From Candidatus Bruticola sp. (GTDB lineage: Bacteria; Vulcanimicrobiota; Xenobia; Xenobiales; Xenobiaceae): a DNA stretch of 64,000 nt. Positions 44,538 to 54,737 of this stretch are shown here, one piece after another. Under the pieces are notes generated by a model. The model was given only the letters and a program-made list of their open reading frames with translations, searched no databases and was not told the origin of the DNA. The position numbers and the translations under genes were made by a program. The stretch's first letter is position 1. Each line of letters starts with the position of its first letter. The stretch is taken from assembly GCA_051874735.1 (NCBI GenBank), contig JBJEGD010000026.1, positions 162,247-226,246 on the forward strand, written 5' to 3'.

Positions 44538-46244
44538 TTATTTAAGAAAAAGCTTGGCAAAAGCCTTTGGACTTAAAGGCTCTCCAGTAGCTTCTTTGCA
44601 CATTTCTTGCCAGTTGGTACGATTGCCGACGGAAAATACCTTTTCACGCAAATAATTGCCCGCTTTAGGTTCGTTGTAGAAAGAAGTGTCTAAAGGATTT
44701 TCCTTGCCAATGATGTTCTTAGCCATATAATTGTACAACTGCGATGCGAAAAGGTCGCCCATCATGTAGTTGTGATAGTAAACTGGAGCACCAACTATAT
44801 GCATTTTAGCGCCGTAATCTTGGCCAGACATACTTATAGGCGGAGCTTGCAGCTGGTATTTAGCTTTCAAATCCCACCAAAGTTTATTCAGATCCTGATT
44901 GGGGTTGGCATACATTTCCTTCTCAAAGTGGAGCATAGTCTGAGTCCAGCGGCTGAAAATAAGGCGCTCGGAACGCAGCAGACGCCATGAAGCTTTTGAA
45001 TAGTTGTCTAGCTCTTGGCCGCTGAGTCCAACAACATTATGCAGAAAATCTGGAGTGCGTGTCATTTCACCCATAAACATAGCGAAACCTTCGGTGGTTA
45101 AAATGTGGGCTGGAGTTCGCAACAAATAAGGTTGGGCAGGATCAATATATTGATCGTAGAGGCCGTGTCCCAGTTCATGATTAATCGTATCCATCCAGGC
45201 GCCGTTGGGTTTTATGTTGCATAGCACGCGGATATCTTGTTCCCTGTCTATGCAAGTTTCGAAAGCATGAGGACTTTTGCCGTTGCGTTCATAAAGATCG
45301 CTGCGGGATATAATTTTGCTGGGATCCATACCTAAACTAACATAGTATTTAGTGGACAGGGCGACTGGGTCTTTATCTTTATAAATATCGTCAAGATTTA
45401 GTCCGTTTTCTTTAAGTTCCGGCGCTTCTTGGAAGAAGAGATCGCCTAAATGCCAAGGACGAACGGCTTCATTATCTTTAAGACCGAAACGTTTGCGCTG
45501 GTAAGTGTCAATCTCTTGTTTTAGTTCGGTAAATGGAGCTTTAGTTAGTTTGTCCAGTTCGTCAAAAGTGTCAAACAGCTCTTTCTCATCGAACTCTTGC
45601 ATATCAAGTTGCATGGCAAAGAAGTCGCGGTAGCCAAGCTGCCTAGCCATTTTATTGCGCAACTTAACTAAATCTTTTAGAGGCGCAGAAACTTTTTGGC
45701 CTACTTCCATATAGCCCAACCAAGCTTGACGCACTTTATCATTATTATCGCTCTCTGCAATAATTTTGCGCACATCATTTTCCGTTAACTTCTGGCCGTT
45801 GACTAAGCTACGGTGAGTATTAAAAATTTTATCAACTTCAGCTTCTCTAGAAATTATTTTAGAAGTAATGTCGGGATCAGCCTGATAAGGCAGATAAGCG
45901 TAGTATATTATGTCTAATTCTCTAGCTTCAGTAGGATCGGTAATCGCTTTAGATTGGCGCAGCTTTTGTAAGTCGGAGAAAGTTTTTTTATCTTGATGGA
46001 GAGCAGCCATGGCGTTATCTGCTTTTTCACGCCTGGCGTAAGCTTCATCTGAACCGGTGGTTGATGACTCCCACCAGGCCTCGTTAGCTTCTTTTTCTAA
46101 AGGTTTTATTTGGCTTATATATCGATCGCGTATAGCGGCAAACTGCTGTTGGGGAGTGGGGGGCACCGCTTGCACCATCGTTCCACCTAAAATTGCTGCT
46201 CCTAGTACGGCAGCTGCAGCAGCAAAGCGAAATTTTTTAGACAT
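44538..46244 (-). CDS. secreted gluzincin metallopeptidase (M2/ACE-like or M3-like)
   Basis: Signal peptide AAAAAVLGAAILGGTMVQA. HELGH zinc motif with a downstream Glu (TEGFAMFMGE). N-terminal ANEAWWESSTTGSDEAY resembles the ACE-family N-terminus. Exact family is uncertain. Confidence 0.72.
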   Translation of the reverse strand: MSKKFRFAAAAAVLGAAILGGTMVQAVPPTPQQQFAAIRDRYISQIKPLEKEANEAWWESSTTGSDEAYARREKADNAMAALHQDKKTFSDLQKLRQSKAITDPTEARELDIIYYAYLPYQADPDITSKIISREAEVDKIFNTHRSLVNGQKLTENDVRKIIAESDNNDKVRQAWLGYMEVGQKVSAPLKDLVKLRNKMARQLGYRDFFAMQLDMQEFDEKELFDTFDELDKLTKAPFTELKQEIDTYQRKRFGLKDNEAVRPWHLGDLFFQEAPELKENGLNLDDIYKDKDPVALSTKYYVSLGMDPSKIISRSDLYERNGKSPHAFETCIDREQDIRVLCNIKPNGAWMDTINHELGHGLYDQYIDPAQPYLLRTPAHILTTEGFAMFMGEMTRTPDFLHNVVGLSGQELDNYSKASWRLLRSERLIFSRWTQTMLHFEKEMYANPNQDLNKLWWDLKAKYQLQAPPISMSGQDYGAKMHIVGAPVYYHNYMMGDLFASQLYNYMAKNIIGKENPLDTSFYNEPKAGNYLREKVFSVGNRTNWQEMCKEATGEPLSPKAFAKLFLK

Positions 46245-46865
46245 ATATCTTCCTCTTTTATGACAATTTAGGCTAATAGTGTACCTTCAATTCTTTGGTA
46301 ATTTTTCTTTTTAAGTCAATTCCTTTTTTTTTGCATTAAGGTCAACCTAAGCGACTTAACCGATAACATGCAGTCAATCGCCTAATCACATAATAACCGT
46401 GTTTAATATGCAGTTTCCTGTTTGTTTTGCGCATATGATGTCAACAATATTTCTAAAATGATTTTTGTTTATAATTTTTTTAATAAAAATAAAAAAATGG
46501 TTACTTATTATGGTAGGCATGATTGGAGTGTTTAGTAGTCAAGTTCATTTGTATGTGTCCATGCAGATTGAGCTTCAATAAATAAGCATAAAGTTTATCT
46601 TGTAACAATTGATTGCAAAAATCAGTGTTAAACAGTTTTTGATTACGATTTGATCGTTTATTAGGCTTCTTGTATGCCTAAAAACTTTGTTCGGCTTAGT
46701 AAATTCAGTTGCAAAATAGATTGTAACTGAAACGATTTGATAATTGACGCATATTTCTCTTTGTCGGCTATGCACGCTGGGTAGTTAATGAATTTGTTTA
46801 CGGGTAGTTTGTCTGTATTTTCATAGAAAAGTATGAGTTTTTGTTGAGGAGGTAGCGTTGCTGTA

Positions 46866-49361
46866 ATGATTAATATGTCTTTTGAGGTAGAAGCTGCCAG
46901 TTATGAGCCTCTTCCAGTGAAATATTTAAAGGTTGAGCGGTTACCTGAGCACGATGAAAGAGTGAAATCGCTATCTAATTATCTGCCATCTAGCCAACAG
47001 CGTTTTTTTTTAGATAAGGTTTATCCATTTACTTATTATTTCCACTGTCAGCAGAAGCGTCACAGTGGAGAACCATATATTGTACATCCGATTTCTGTAG
47101 CCGAAATTTTGTCAAAATATCAGGTCGATTTGCCGACTTTGTCTGCTGCTCTTATGCACGACGTATATGAAGATCATAGCGATGAAATTTCTTTAAGTGA
47201 GATACGATGTTACTTCGGCTGCAATATTTGTAATATGGAGGATGGATTAACTAAAATAGGTATTGCTGCTTCCAAAAATCGCCGAGAAACGGCTGCCCTG
47301 AGAGAACAACTTCCCAAAGATCGTATAGATTCTATCGCCAATCAAAATATATACAATTCGATTTCCAAGCTTGGGGGGCAGCAAGAAGGGAGCTATTCCC
47401 AAACTTCTCCCGAAGAAGCGGCAGCTAGAGCAAAGCGTATAAAAATTGCCAACAAAAATGCTTCTTTAGCTAAATTACTTCTGGGGATAGCTTCAGACCC
47501 ACGCGTTATTTTGATTAAGCTGGCTGATAGACTCGATAATATGCGTACTTTGGACAGCTTGAGACCTGACAAACAGCAGAGAATAGCCAGAGAAACTTTA
47601 GAGTTCTTCTGTCCCATAGCCGATCGTTTCGGAGTTTGGGAAATAAAAAAAGAATTGGAAGATTTGTGTTTTCGTTATCTTTACAAAAATATATACAATA
47701 ATTTCAAAAAACAGGCAGAATTAGTTCGGGCCAAGAGACGAGGCAGTCTTGAAAAGACTGCTGAAAGAATTAGAAATCTACTAAACAGCAAATCTGTTGC
47801 TGCTGAAGTCCATATTAAAGACAGTAGTTTATATACCGTTTTCAGGCGGATGGAAAACCATGGACAAACTTCCATCGATGATGTTATAGGCTTGAGTTCT
47901 ATTGTCATAGTTGCCGATAGCGAATCTTCCTGTTATACCGTAGAAGGACTTATTAAGAGTAATCTTTCTTTCTGTGGCAGCAGTTTCTATAAAGATTACA
48001 TATCTTTGCCAAAGGCCAATAAATATAAGGCTATTCACATGGCTGTTTGGTCTGAAAGGCATATTACTAAAATACGTATATTCTCAGCTCAAGATCTTGA
48101 AATAAACAATATAGGCGTTTTTTCCGAGTTTAAAGGGTTGCCTTCAAGTTTGGAAGATAGCGATGTCAGCCGAATTATCAGTAAAAAATGGGCTACTTGG
48201 ATTCAATCTTTGAGAGCTTTGCACGACGTCGCCGCTGAAAATACCGATTTTCTTGATTGGGCTATGAGCGGTACGCTGACCCACTCAATTACTTGTTTTA
48301 CCTCCTGCGGTGACATGGTTAACCTGCCTATAGGGGCGACTCCGCTCGACTTCGCTTTTGCTCTTAATGTAGATTTGGGATTAAAGTGTGAAGGTGCGCT
48401 GGTAAACGATCAATCAGTATCTTGTTTAGATTATAAACTTAAGGATAACGATTTTGTCAAAATTATCAGTTCTGATTCGGTGATTATACAACGCAGTTGG
48501 TTCGATTGTTGTTGCACTCCGGAAGCTCGTTCTGCTCTTAGTACCTGGTATAAAAATAATTACAGCGCTGAGTCCAATCGTGCCTACGGGCAAAAATTGC
48601 TAACATCTGTTTTGATTAAAGCTAATCTTCCCGGTATGCAAAACAACGAAGAGTTTTTGAAACAATTAGCTCAAAAATGCACCTGTCCTTCCGTGCAGGA
48701 AATGTTGGAAATGATTGGCACTCGCCGCATTAGTCTAAAATTCGTTCGTGAACAGTTAAACGACTGTTTAAGTACTTATCGAAATGGCCGCGAAGACTGC
48801 GATCGGATGACAGAAAATAGCGATATCTCAGCTCTGGTGCACATACGTCGCTTTGATCGTTTCAAAGTTTGTGCTTGCAGTGAGTGTCTGCCTTTAATAG
48901 GCGACGATATTTTCGTTATGGGAGCGGCTCCTGGACAGCTGATTTTACATCGACGTGGCTGCGCGGATGCTGAAAAAAAATTACTCCTAGCTACTCAGAG
49001 TAGCGCTAGGCAAGATGCTACTCTTCCTGTTAAGAGCACCGAATTAAGGCGCGATCTGGAGCCGCTAGTCATTCATGAAAATGCCTCTTGGTTGGAAGAC
49101 AGTCATTCCAATGTGTCTGATCTCGGGCTGAGAGCTGAATTGACTGTAAAATCGGTCTACAGTTTTTCTTTAGCAGCAGAAATCATTGTGTGCTGTAACG
49201 ATCGCGATGAAAAAATTTATAACCTAAAATTAGACAATAATTTTGTTGGAGGAGCTTCTAGTTTGAGTATGCTTGTTGGAGTATCCAGCCTCAGCGAATT
49301 GGAAAGTCTGATTTCGTGTATAAAAAAGATAGATGGTGTCGTTGAAGTAACGCGTATTTAA
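46866..49361 (+). CDS. long RelA/SpoT homolog 1 (HD + degenerate synthetase + TGS + Zn-finger + ACT)
   Basis: HD motifs RHSGEPYIVHP, HDVYED, LADRLDNMRTL. TGS segment LPIGATPLDFAF. CxxC...HRRGC zinc-finger domain. The synthetase region lacks the EIQIRT...AAHW.YK motifs and reads KIRIFSAQDLEINNIGVFSEFKG. Confidence 0.85.
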   Translation: MINMSFEVEAASYEPLPVKYLKVERLPEHDERVKSLSNYLPSSQQRFFLDKVYPFTYYFHCQQKRHSGEPYIVHPISVAEILSKYQVDLPTLSAALMHDVYEDHSDEISLSEIRCYFGCNICNMEDGLTKIGIAASKNRRETAALREQLPKDRIDSIANQNIYNSISKLGGQQEGSYSQTSPEEAAARAKRIKIANKNASLAKLLLGIASDPRVILIKLADRLDNMRTLDSLRPDKQQRIARETLEFFCPIADRFGVWEIKKELEDLCFRYLYKNIYNNFKKQAELVRAKRRGSLEKTAERIRNLLNSKSVAAEVHIKDSSLYTVFRRMENHGQTSIDDVIGLSSIVIVADSESSCYTVEGLIKSNLSFCGSSFYKDYISLPKANKYKAIHMAVWSERHITKIRIFSAQDLEINNIGVFSEFKGLPSSLEDSDVSRIISKKWATWIQSLRALHDVAAENTDFLDWAMSGTLTHSITCFTSCGDMVNLPIGATPLDFAFALNVDLGLKCEGALVNDQSVSCLDYKLKDNDFVKIISSDSVIIQRSWFDCCCTPEARSALSTWYKNNYSAESNRAYGQKLLTSVLIKANLPGMQNNEEFLKQLAQKCTCPSVQEMLEMIGTRRISLKFVREQLNDCLSTYRNGREDCDRMTENSDISALVHIRRFDRFKVCACSECLPLIGDDIFVMGAAPGQLILHRRGCADAEKKLLLATQSSARQDATLPVKSTELRRDLEPLVIHENASWLEDSHSNVSDLGLRAELTVKSVYSFSLAAEIIVCCNDRDEKIYNLKLDNNFVGGASSLSMLVGVSSLSELESLISCIKKIDGVVEVTRI

Positions 49362-49445
49362 GCAGAAAGAATAGTCTTTTTTTATAGATATATCTCAACA
49401 ACTAAATCATATATCAATTTACAAAAAGAAAGGTTAGCTAGTTCT

Positions 49446-51842
49446 ATGACTTATATTCCTGAGGGCTGCAATCCGCAGGCAAAGTTTGACAAGCAAGGTC
49501 CCAATTATCCTGAGTTTGAGGATAGTGTAAGAAAAAGCTCCGCTCACCTTTCGCCAGAATGTCGCGATTTTATCGTTAATAAGGTTTATCCTTATGCTAA
49601 TTATTGGCATCAGTTTCAAAAGCCGCGCATTAACGGTAAGCCGTATATCTCTCATCCTGTAGCTGTAGTCGGCATTCTAGCTCCCTATAAACTTGATGTT
49701 TCCAGTGTGGCGGCAGCCCTGCTTCACGACGTCCATGAAGATAACGAAAATGATGTAAGTCTAGATGATATCAAGGAGCTATTTGGTACTGATATACGCA
49801 ATATTGTCGATGGTTTGACAAAAATAGGCAAGGCCAGTGCTAGACAGCGTCGCGAAGCGGTGCGAGCAGCTGTATGTGAAGCTTCTGCCGGTTTACTGAG
49901 TTCGTTACAGGCTTCTTTCGGACTTAATTTGGGAATAGAGAATAATTTAGCCGTTCCTTTAACTCCCGCTCAAATCAGAGAAAGAGCTCGCCAAGCTAAA
50001 CTAGATGATAAGGCAGCCAGTCTTACCAAGCTAGTTACAGAGATGGCCAGGGATATACGCATTATCATTGTTAAGTTGGCAGACCGCCTGCATAATATGT
50101 ATACTTTAGACGGGCTACGCCAAGATAAACAAATACGTATTGCTCAAGAGACTTTAAATTTTTTCGCTCCTTTAGCAACCCGTTTAGGTATGTGGCCTTT
50201 TAAGGTGGAGCTGGAAGACCTATGCTTCAAATATTTAGAACCTAGTCAGTATACTGAATTAAAAGAAAATTTAGCTGCTGAAAGGAGTCGTCGCTCAGAA
50301 TCTTTGGCGCAGACTTTAGAGTCAATACGCAAATCTTTAGTACAAGAAGGCATTTCGGCCAAGGCAGAGCTGCACACTAAATCACTTTATTCTGTGTTTG
50401 CTAAAATGCGACGTCAGCATAAAACTTTAGAGCAAATTTTCGATTTAGATCCTATATCTATAGTGGTTGATGATAAAAATACCTGTTATCAGGTACTGAG
50501 GGTCATTCATCAGCGTTTTGGATTTTTGCAGGGGAAATTCCGCGATTATATTGCTAATCCTAAAAGCAATAATTATCAAGCTTTGCACACTACAATTTCG
50601 GCTGACGGCCGACTGCCTGTGGAAATTCAAATCTGCACGTATGATGAAGAAGCTGAGAATAACTTGGGAGTGCTCAATGTTTTTGTCTCGGGAAGGTACA
50701 GCGCTGAAGCTAATAGCGGTGAAGTTAACAAACTATTTCGTCCTTTTGCTCCTTGGTTAGCCTCTTTAAGCCATATAAAAGAAGGTTGTAAAGAAGATCA
50801 AGACTTTTTAGATGTTCTCTGTCAGGATGAGCTTACTGTTGGAGTAGTCTGCACTACTCCGGACGGTCGCAGCATTGAATTGCCGCAAGGAGCAACACCT
50901 TTAGACTTCGCCTTTAAAATTCATACTCAGTTGGGATTGTGTTGTACTGGAGCTATTATAAATGATAGGGAAGTATCTCTGACTGGTTATGAACTGCGTG
51001 ATAACGATGTTGTGCAAATTCTGTCTTCTGATAAGGAGAATCCGTCCCGTAATTGGTACGCCCATTGTCGGACTAGGCAAGCGCGCTCAGTTATAAGTAA
51101 GTGGTTCTTTGTAAATCAGACGCCTGAGCCTAACCGCACTATAGGTTATAAAATGATTTGTGCGGAGCTGATTCGTCAGGGTGCCGCTGGAGCGCAGACT
51201 AATGCTGAAATTATGAAAGCTATGGTGAGTTCTCTCAATTTCAAGTCACTTGAAGAACTTTATATCGCTATAGGCAGCTTTCGTACTCCTATGTCAAATT
51301 TTTCTAAGTGCTTCAAAAATTACCGTGAGAATAATCCTCAGCAGTTTGACAATTTAGATTGCGATCCAATGCGTTTGCGCGATATCTCTCTGTCAGTAAG
51401 GATTGCAGAGCAGCCTAAGGCTCGTTGCTTTGCCTGTAGACAGTGTACTCCTGTTTTTGGAGATTCTATTAAGGCTGTGGGTGGCAAAAAGAATAAGGGA
51501 TATGTCATTCATCGCGGCAGTTGTTCTTTGATCGCTGAAGCCGCTGGGGCCGGAAGGCGAATTTATGAAGCAGAGTGGATCAGTGGCATCGATCCTAAAC
51601 TATTCATGCTGCGTGCCACCATTCAAATATGTGCTTTAGTGCGTCATGGATTGTCTAATTCCGTTATTAGTGTTTTTGACAGTAAAAATGTTCTAATATA
51701 CAACTACAAGTTCACTAATGATTACGCTAAAAATGTGACCAGTATAAAAATAGAAGTAGGTGCTGCTTCTATAGAAGAGCTGGAAATGCTGATGGATGAG
51801 CTGCGGTCTGTGGACAGTGTAGTTACAGTTGAAAGAGCCTAA
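49446..51842 (+). CDS. long RelA/SpoT homolog 2 (HD + degenerate synthetase + TGS + Zn-finger + ACT)
   Basis: RINGKPYISHP, HDVHED, LADRLHNMYTL. TGS segment LPQGATPLDFAF. The synthetase region reads LHTKSLYSV...DLDPISIVV...EIQICTYDEEAENNLGVLNVFVSG, so the key Arg and the HW.YK residues are replaced. Confidence 0.85.
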   Translation: MTYIPEGCNPQAKFDKQGPNYPEFEDSVRKSSAHLSPECRDFIVNKVYPYANYWHQFQKPRINGKPYISHPVAVVGILAPYKLDVSSVAAALLHDVHEDNENDVSLDDIKELFGTDIRNIVDGLTKIGKASARQRREAVRAAVCEASAGLLSSLQASFGLNLGIENNLAVPLTPAQIRERARQAKLDDKAASLTKLVTEMARDIRIIIVKLADRLHNMYTLDGLRQDKQIRIAQETLNFFAPLATRLGMWPFKVELEDLCFKYLEPSQYTELKENLAAERSRRSESLAQTLESIRKSLVQEGISAKAELHTKSLYSVFAKMRRQHKTLEQIFDLDPISIVVDDKNTCYQVLRVIHQRFGFLQGKFRDYIANPKSNNYQALHTTISADGRLPVEIQICTYDEEAENNLGVLNVFVSGRYSAEANSGEVNKLFRPFAPWLASLSHIKEGCKEDQDFLDVLCQDELTVGVVCTTPDGRSIELPQGATPLDFAFKIHTQLGLCCTGAIINDREVSLTGYELRDNDVVQILSSDKENPSRNWYAHCRTRQARSVISKWFFVNQTPEPNRTIGYKMICAELIRQGAAGAQTNAEIMKAMVSSLNFKSLEELYIAIGSFRTPMSNFSKCFKNYRENNPQQFDNLDCDPMRLRDISLSVRIAEQPKARCFACRQCTPVFGDSIKAVGGKKNKGYVIHRGSCSLIAEAAGAGRRIYEAEWISGIDPKLFMLRATIQICALVRHGLSNSVISVFDSKNVLIYNYKFTNDYAKNVTSIKIEVGAASIEELEMLMDELRSVDSVVTVERA

Positions 51843-51876
51843 AAAATACAGCATTGTCATTTGAGGTTTATAAAAA

Positions 51877-54213
51877 ATGGGAGAAGAAAAGAAGTTATTG
51901 GAAAAAAAAGCTGAGGTTGCTTTAAATGGAAAAAAGATAGATTTAAATAAAGAGCTGCCTGCATTTAAGCAGCAGTTAGAAGACAAATATTGGTCGAAAT
52001 TGGCTCAATGCGCTTCTTATCTTGATGAAGAACGGCTGAAAAAATTGAGAAAAGCTCTCGATTTAGCTTTTCGAGCCCATGATGGGCAGTTCCGATTTTC
52101 TAATGATCCTTATGTCGATCATCTTGTTGAAGTAACCAAAATTTTAGCTTCTTACCATTTGGATTCCACTACTTTGTGTACTGGGATGTTGCACGATTTA
52201 ATCGAGGAAGAAACTGGTGTTAGTCTTGACTATGTGACTGAGCAGTTTGGTAAAGAACTTAGTAATTTAATTAACGATGTCACCAATCTTACTAAGCGTT
52301 TTGCCAGCGAAACTGAAAATTTAGAAAATAAAGATCGACGCCAATCGAAAGAATTTACTCGCTTGGGAGGCAAAGAGGCTGCCGACGAAAATTTGCGCAA
52401 AATCTTTTTGGTCATTGCTCGTGATTTGCGTGCCATTTTAGTTAAATTTGCCGATCGCTTACACAATCTTCGTACTTTAGAATTTTGCAAAGTTGATTTG
52501 CAGAAAAAGATTGCGCAGGAAACTTTAGATATTTTCGCTCCGCTAGCTTCGCGTTTAGGGGTTTGGGAGTTTAAAGCTGAATTAGAAAATTTATCTTTTC
52601 GGTATGCACTACCGGAAGAGTATCTGGCACTCAATCGCGATTTAGAAGAAGTGCGCCCTGCTTTTGTCGCTGTCATGGACAAAATCGTAGCAACTTTAAA
52701 AGAAAATCTGCGAGAATTAAATGTAGAAAACGAGTTAGAGTATCGTTTTAAACATCTTTACAGTATTTATCGTAAAAAGGTGCGTTCTCATAAAAGTTTA
52801 TCCGAAATTTACGATCTAGCGGCCATACGCGTTTTAGTGCCTACAGTAGAAGATTGCTATATGATTTTCGGTTTAGTGCACTCTTTATGGTCTCCCATGC
52901 AAGGACGCATTAAAGATTATATAGCTCATCCTAAGCCTAATAATTACCGTTGCCTGCATACTACGGTTATAGGACCTGATGATGTGCCAGTAGAGATCCA
53001 GATTCGTACTTTTGAAATGCATAAAGTTAACGAAGTTGGCGTGGCCGCTCACTGGGCTTACAAAGAAGGCAAAGTGAGCGCCGATAAGAGTCGGCGTGAT
53101 ATCTTCGCTGAATTGTATCCGTGGATTAGAGCTCTCTTTGATTGTAGTCATGAAGATGAAAGCGATGTCGGTGAACATGCCAAGTTTAGTGTACCTTCTA
53201 ATGAAGTTTTTGCCTTCACTCCCTTAGGCGATGTTGTCAATTTGCCCATGGGAGCAACACCTATTGATTTTGCTTACCGAGTACATAGCGAAGTAGGTAA
53301 CCGCTGTGTGGGAGCCTTAGTCAATGGGCGTATAGTACCGCTTACTTATAAGTTATCTACTGGCGATCAAGTAGAGATAAAAACGGCCAAAAATGGTACT
53401 CCTTCGCGCGATTGGTTGCGTATTTGTACGAGTCATCAAGCTTTAAGTAAAATCCGCGGTTGGTTTAAACGAGAGCGCCGGGAAGAAAATATCATCTGCG
53501 GACGGGAAGCGGTGAAGGCTGAACTGAAGCGCCTTCGTTTAGAAGACCTTCTCAACAATGAAGAAATTATGCTCAAAGCTGCTCAACAGCTAAGCTTTGT
53601 CAGCGGTGATGACTTATTGGCCAGTATAGGTTATGGTGAAACTTCTGTTTTGCAAGCTGTCAGCCGTCTGCAGAATGCTCTGCCTAAAACTGAAGTTGCG
53701 CCCGAAATCCCTCTGCCGGAAAATTCGCAGGCTGCCGCTAAGCGTTCAGGATCTGGACGAGAAGTTATTGTTGAAAATATTGATACCCTTTTAACTAAGA
53801 TGGCCCGCTGCTGCATGCCCGTGCCCGGAGATGATATCATTGGATATATTACGGTCGGCAGTGGAGTCTCTGTACATAGGGCTGATTGCGTTAATTTCGC
53901 CCATCTGTCCAAAGTGCATCCTGAGCGCGTTGTTCAATGTGCCTGGAATACTTCTTCTGTGCAGGCTAGTAAAACTTACTGGGTTCATATTGTCATTGAA
54001 GCGTGGGATCGCTCTGGATTAGTTGGTGAAGTGTTGGCGTGTCTTAGCGATATACGGATAAGTGTAAAATCTTGTCAGGCGCTTACAGTTGGCGATAAAG
54101 CCAAGATAAAGCTTTCTGTTGAAGTTACTGGCAACAAGCAGCTGGAAGAAGCCCTTAAAAGATTAGGGGGAGTAAAGAGTGTATTTTCGGCAGTTCGTTC
54201 TAAAAACAGATAA
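51877..54213 (+). CDS. rel: bifunctional-type (p)ppGpp synthetase/hydrolase, canonical long RSH (Rel)
   Basis: Complete synthetase signature: [66 protein letters not shown] domain ([18 protein letters not shown]), [16 protein letters not shown] Zn-finger and ACT are present. dtd follows, as in many genomes. Confidence 0.92.
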   Translation: MGEEKKLLEKKAEVALNGKKIDLNKELPAFKQQLEDKYWSKLAQCASYLDEERLKKLRKALDLAFRAHDGQFRFSNDPYVDHLVEVTKILASYHLDSTTLCTGMLHDLIEEETGVSLDYVTEQFGKELSNLINDVTNLTKRFASETENLENKDRRQSKEFTRLGGKEAADENLRKIFLVIARDLRAILVKFADRLHNLRTLEFCKVDLQKKIAQETLDIFAPLASRLGVWEFKAELENLSFRYALPEEYLALNRDLEEVRPAFVAVMDKIVATLKENLRELNVENELEYRFKHLYSIYRKKVRSHKSLSEIYDLAAIRVLVPTVEDCYMIFGLVHSLWSPMQGRIKDYIAHPKPNNYRCLHTTVIGPDDVPVEIQIRTFEMHKVNEVGVAAHWAYKEGKVSADKSRRDIFAELYPWIRALFDCSHEDESDVGEHAKFSVPSNEVFAFTPLGDVVNLPMGATPIDFAYRVHSEVGNRCVGALVNGRIVPLTYKLSTGDQVEIKTAKNGTPSRDWLRICTSHQALSKIRGWFKRERREENIICGREAVKAELKRLRLEDLLNNEEIMLKAAQQLSFVSGDDLLASIGYGETSVLQAVSRLQNALPKTEVAPEIPLPENSQAAAKRSGSGREVIVENIDTLLTKMARCCMPVPGDDIIGYITVGSGVSVHRADCVNFAHLSKVHPERVVQCAWNTSSVQASKTYWVHIVIEAWDRSGLVGEVLACLSDIRISVKSCQALTVGDKAKIKLSVEVTGNKQLEEALKRLGGVKSVFSAVRSKNR

Positions 54214-54272
54214 ATTTCTACTGCACTGAAGAAGGGCAGGGTTGCTCTAGTTTCAACAGAAAGTATAGCAGT

Positions 54273-54725
54273 ATGCGTGCAGTTGTTCAAAGAGTCTTAG
54301 GCTCTAGCGTGGAAGTAGATAATCAGGTTGTTGGCCAAATAGGGCAGGGACTTTTAGTTTTAGTAGCTGTTCATTGTGATGATACTGAGAAAGAAGCTGA
54401 CTGGCTAGCTCATAAAATAACTCATCTGCGTATCTTTTCCGATGAAAATGATAAGATGAATTTGAGCGTTTCCGATATCGGCGGGCAAGTATTAGTCGTT
54501 TCTCAGTTTACCCTTTACGGCGATTGTCGCAAAGGTTTGCGTCCTAGCTACAGTCATTCAGCGGCGCCTCAAGAAGCTTCGCGCCTCTATTCCTATTTCG
54601 TAGAAAAAATCAAATCTTGTGGTTTAGAAGTTCAGGAGGGAGTCTTTCAGGCTCACATGCTGGTTAGTTTAGTTAATGACGGTCCAGTTACCATTATAAT
54701 CGATACCCCTAGCATAACTAAGTGA
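54273..54725 (+). CDS. dtd: D-aminoacyl-tRNA deacylase
   Basis: MRAVVQRV..., [33 protein letters not shown]. Canonical DTD, 150 aa. Confidence 0.93.
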   Translation: MRAVVQRVLGSSVEVDNQVVGQIGQGLLVLVAVHCDDTEKEADWLAHKITHLRIFSDENDKMNLSVSDIGGQVLVVSQFTLYGDCRKGLRPSYSHSAAPQEASRLYSYFVEKIKSCGLEVQEGVFQAHMLVSLVNDGPVTIIIDTPSITK

Positions 54726-54737
54726 GGTTAGTTTACC

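Noticed and set aside
46575-46775. 66-aa ORF in the long AT-rich intergenic region
   Set aside because: No RBS. The composition simply reflects AT-rich DNA (Ile/Phe/Asn/Lys-rich). It is more likely non-coding regulatory DNA.
52230-52682. 150-aa antisense ORF inside the canonical rel gene, and others at 52885-53178 and 53631-54022
   Set aside because: The sense frame has complete RSH motifs. The antisense translations are Ser/Lys/Arg-rich with no start signals.
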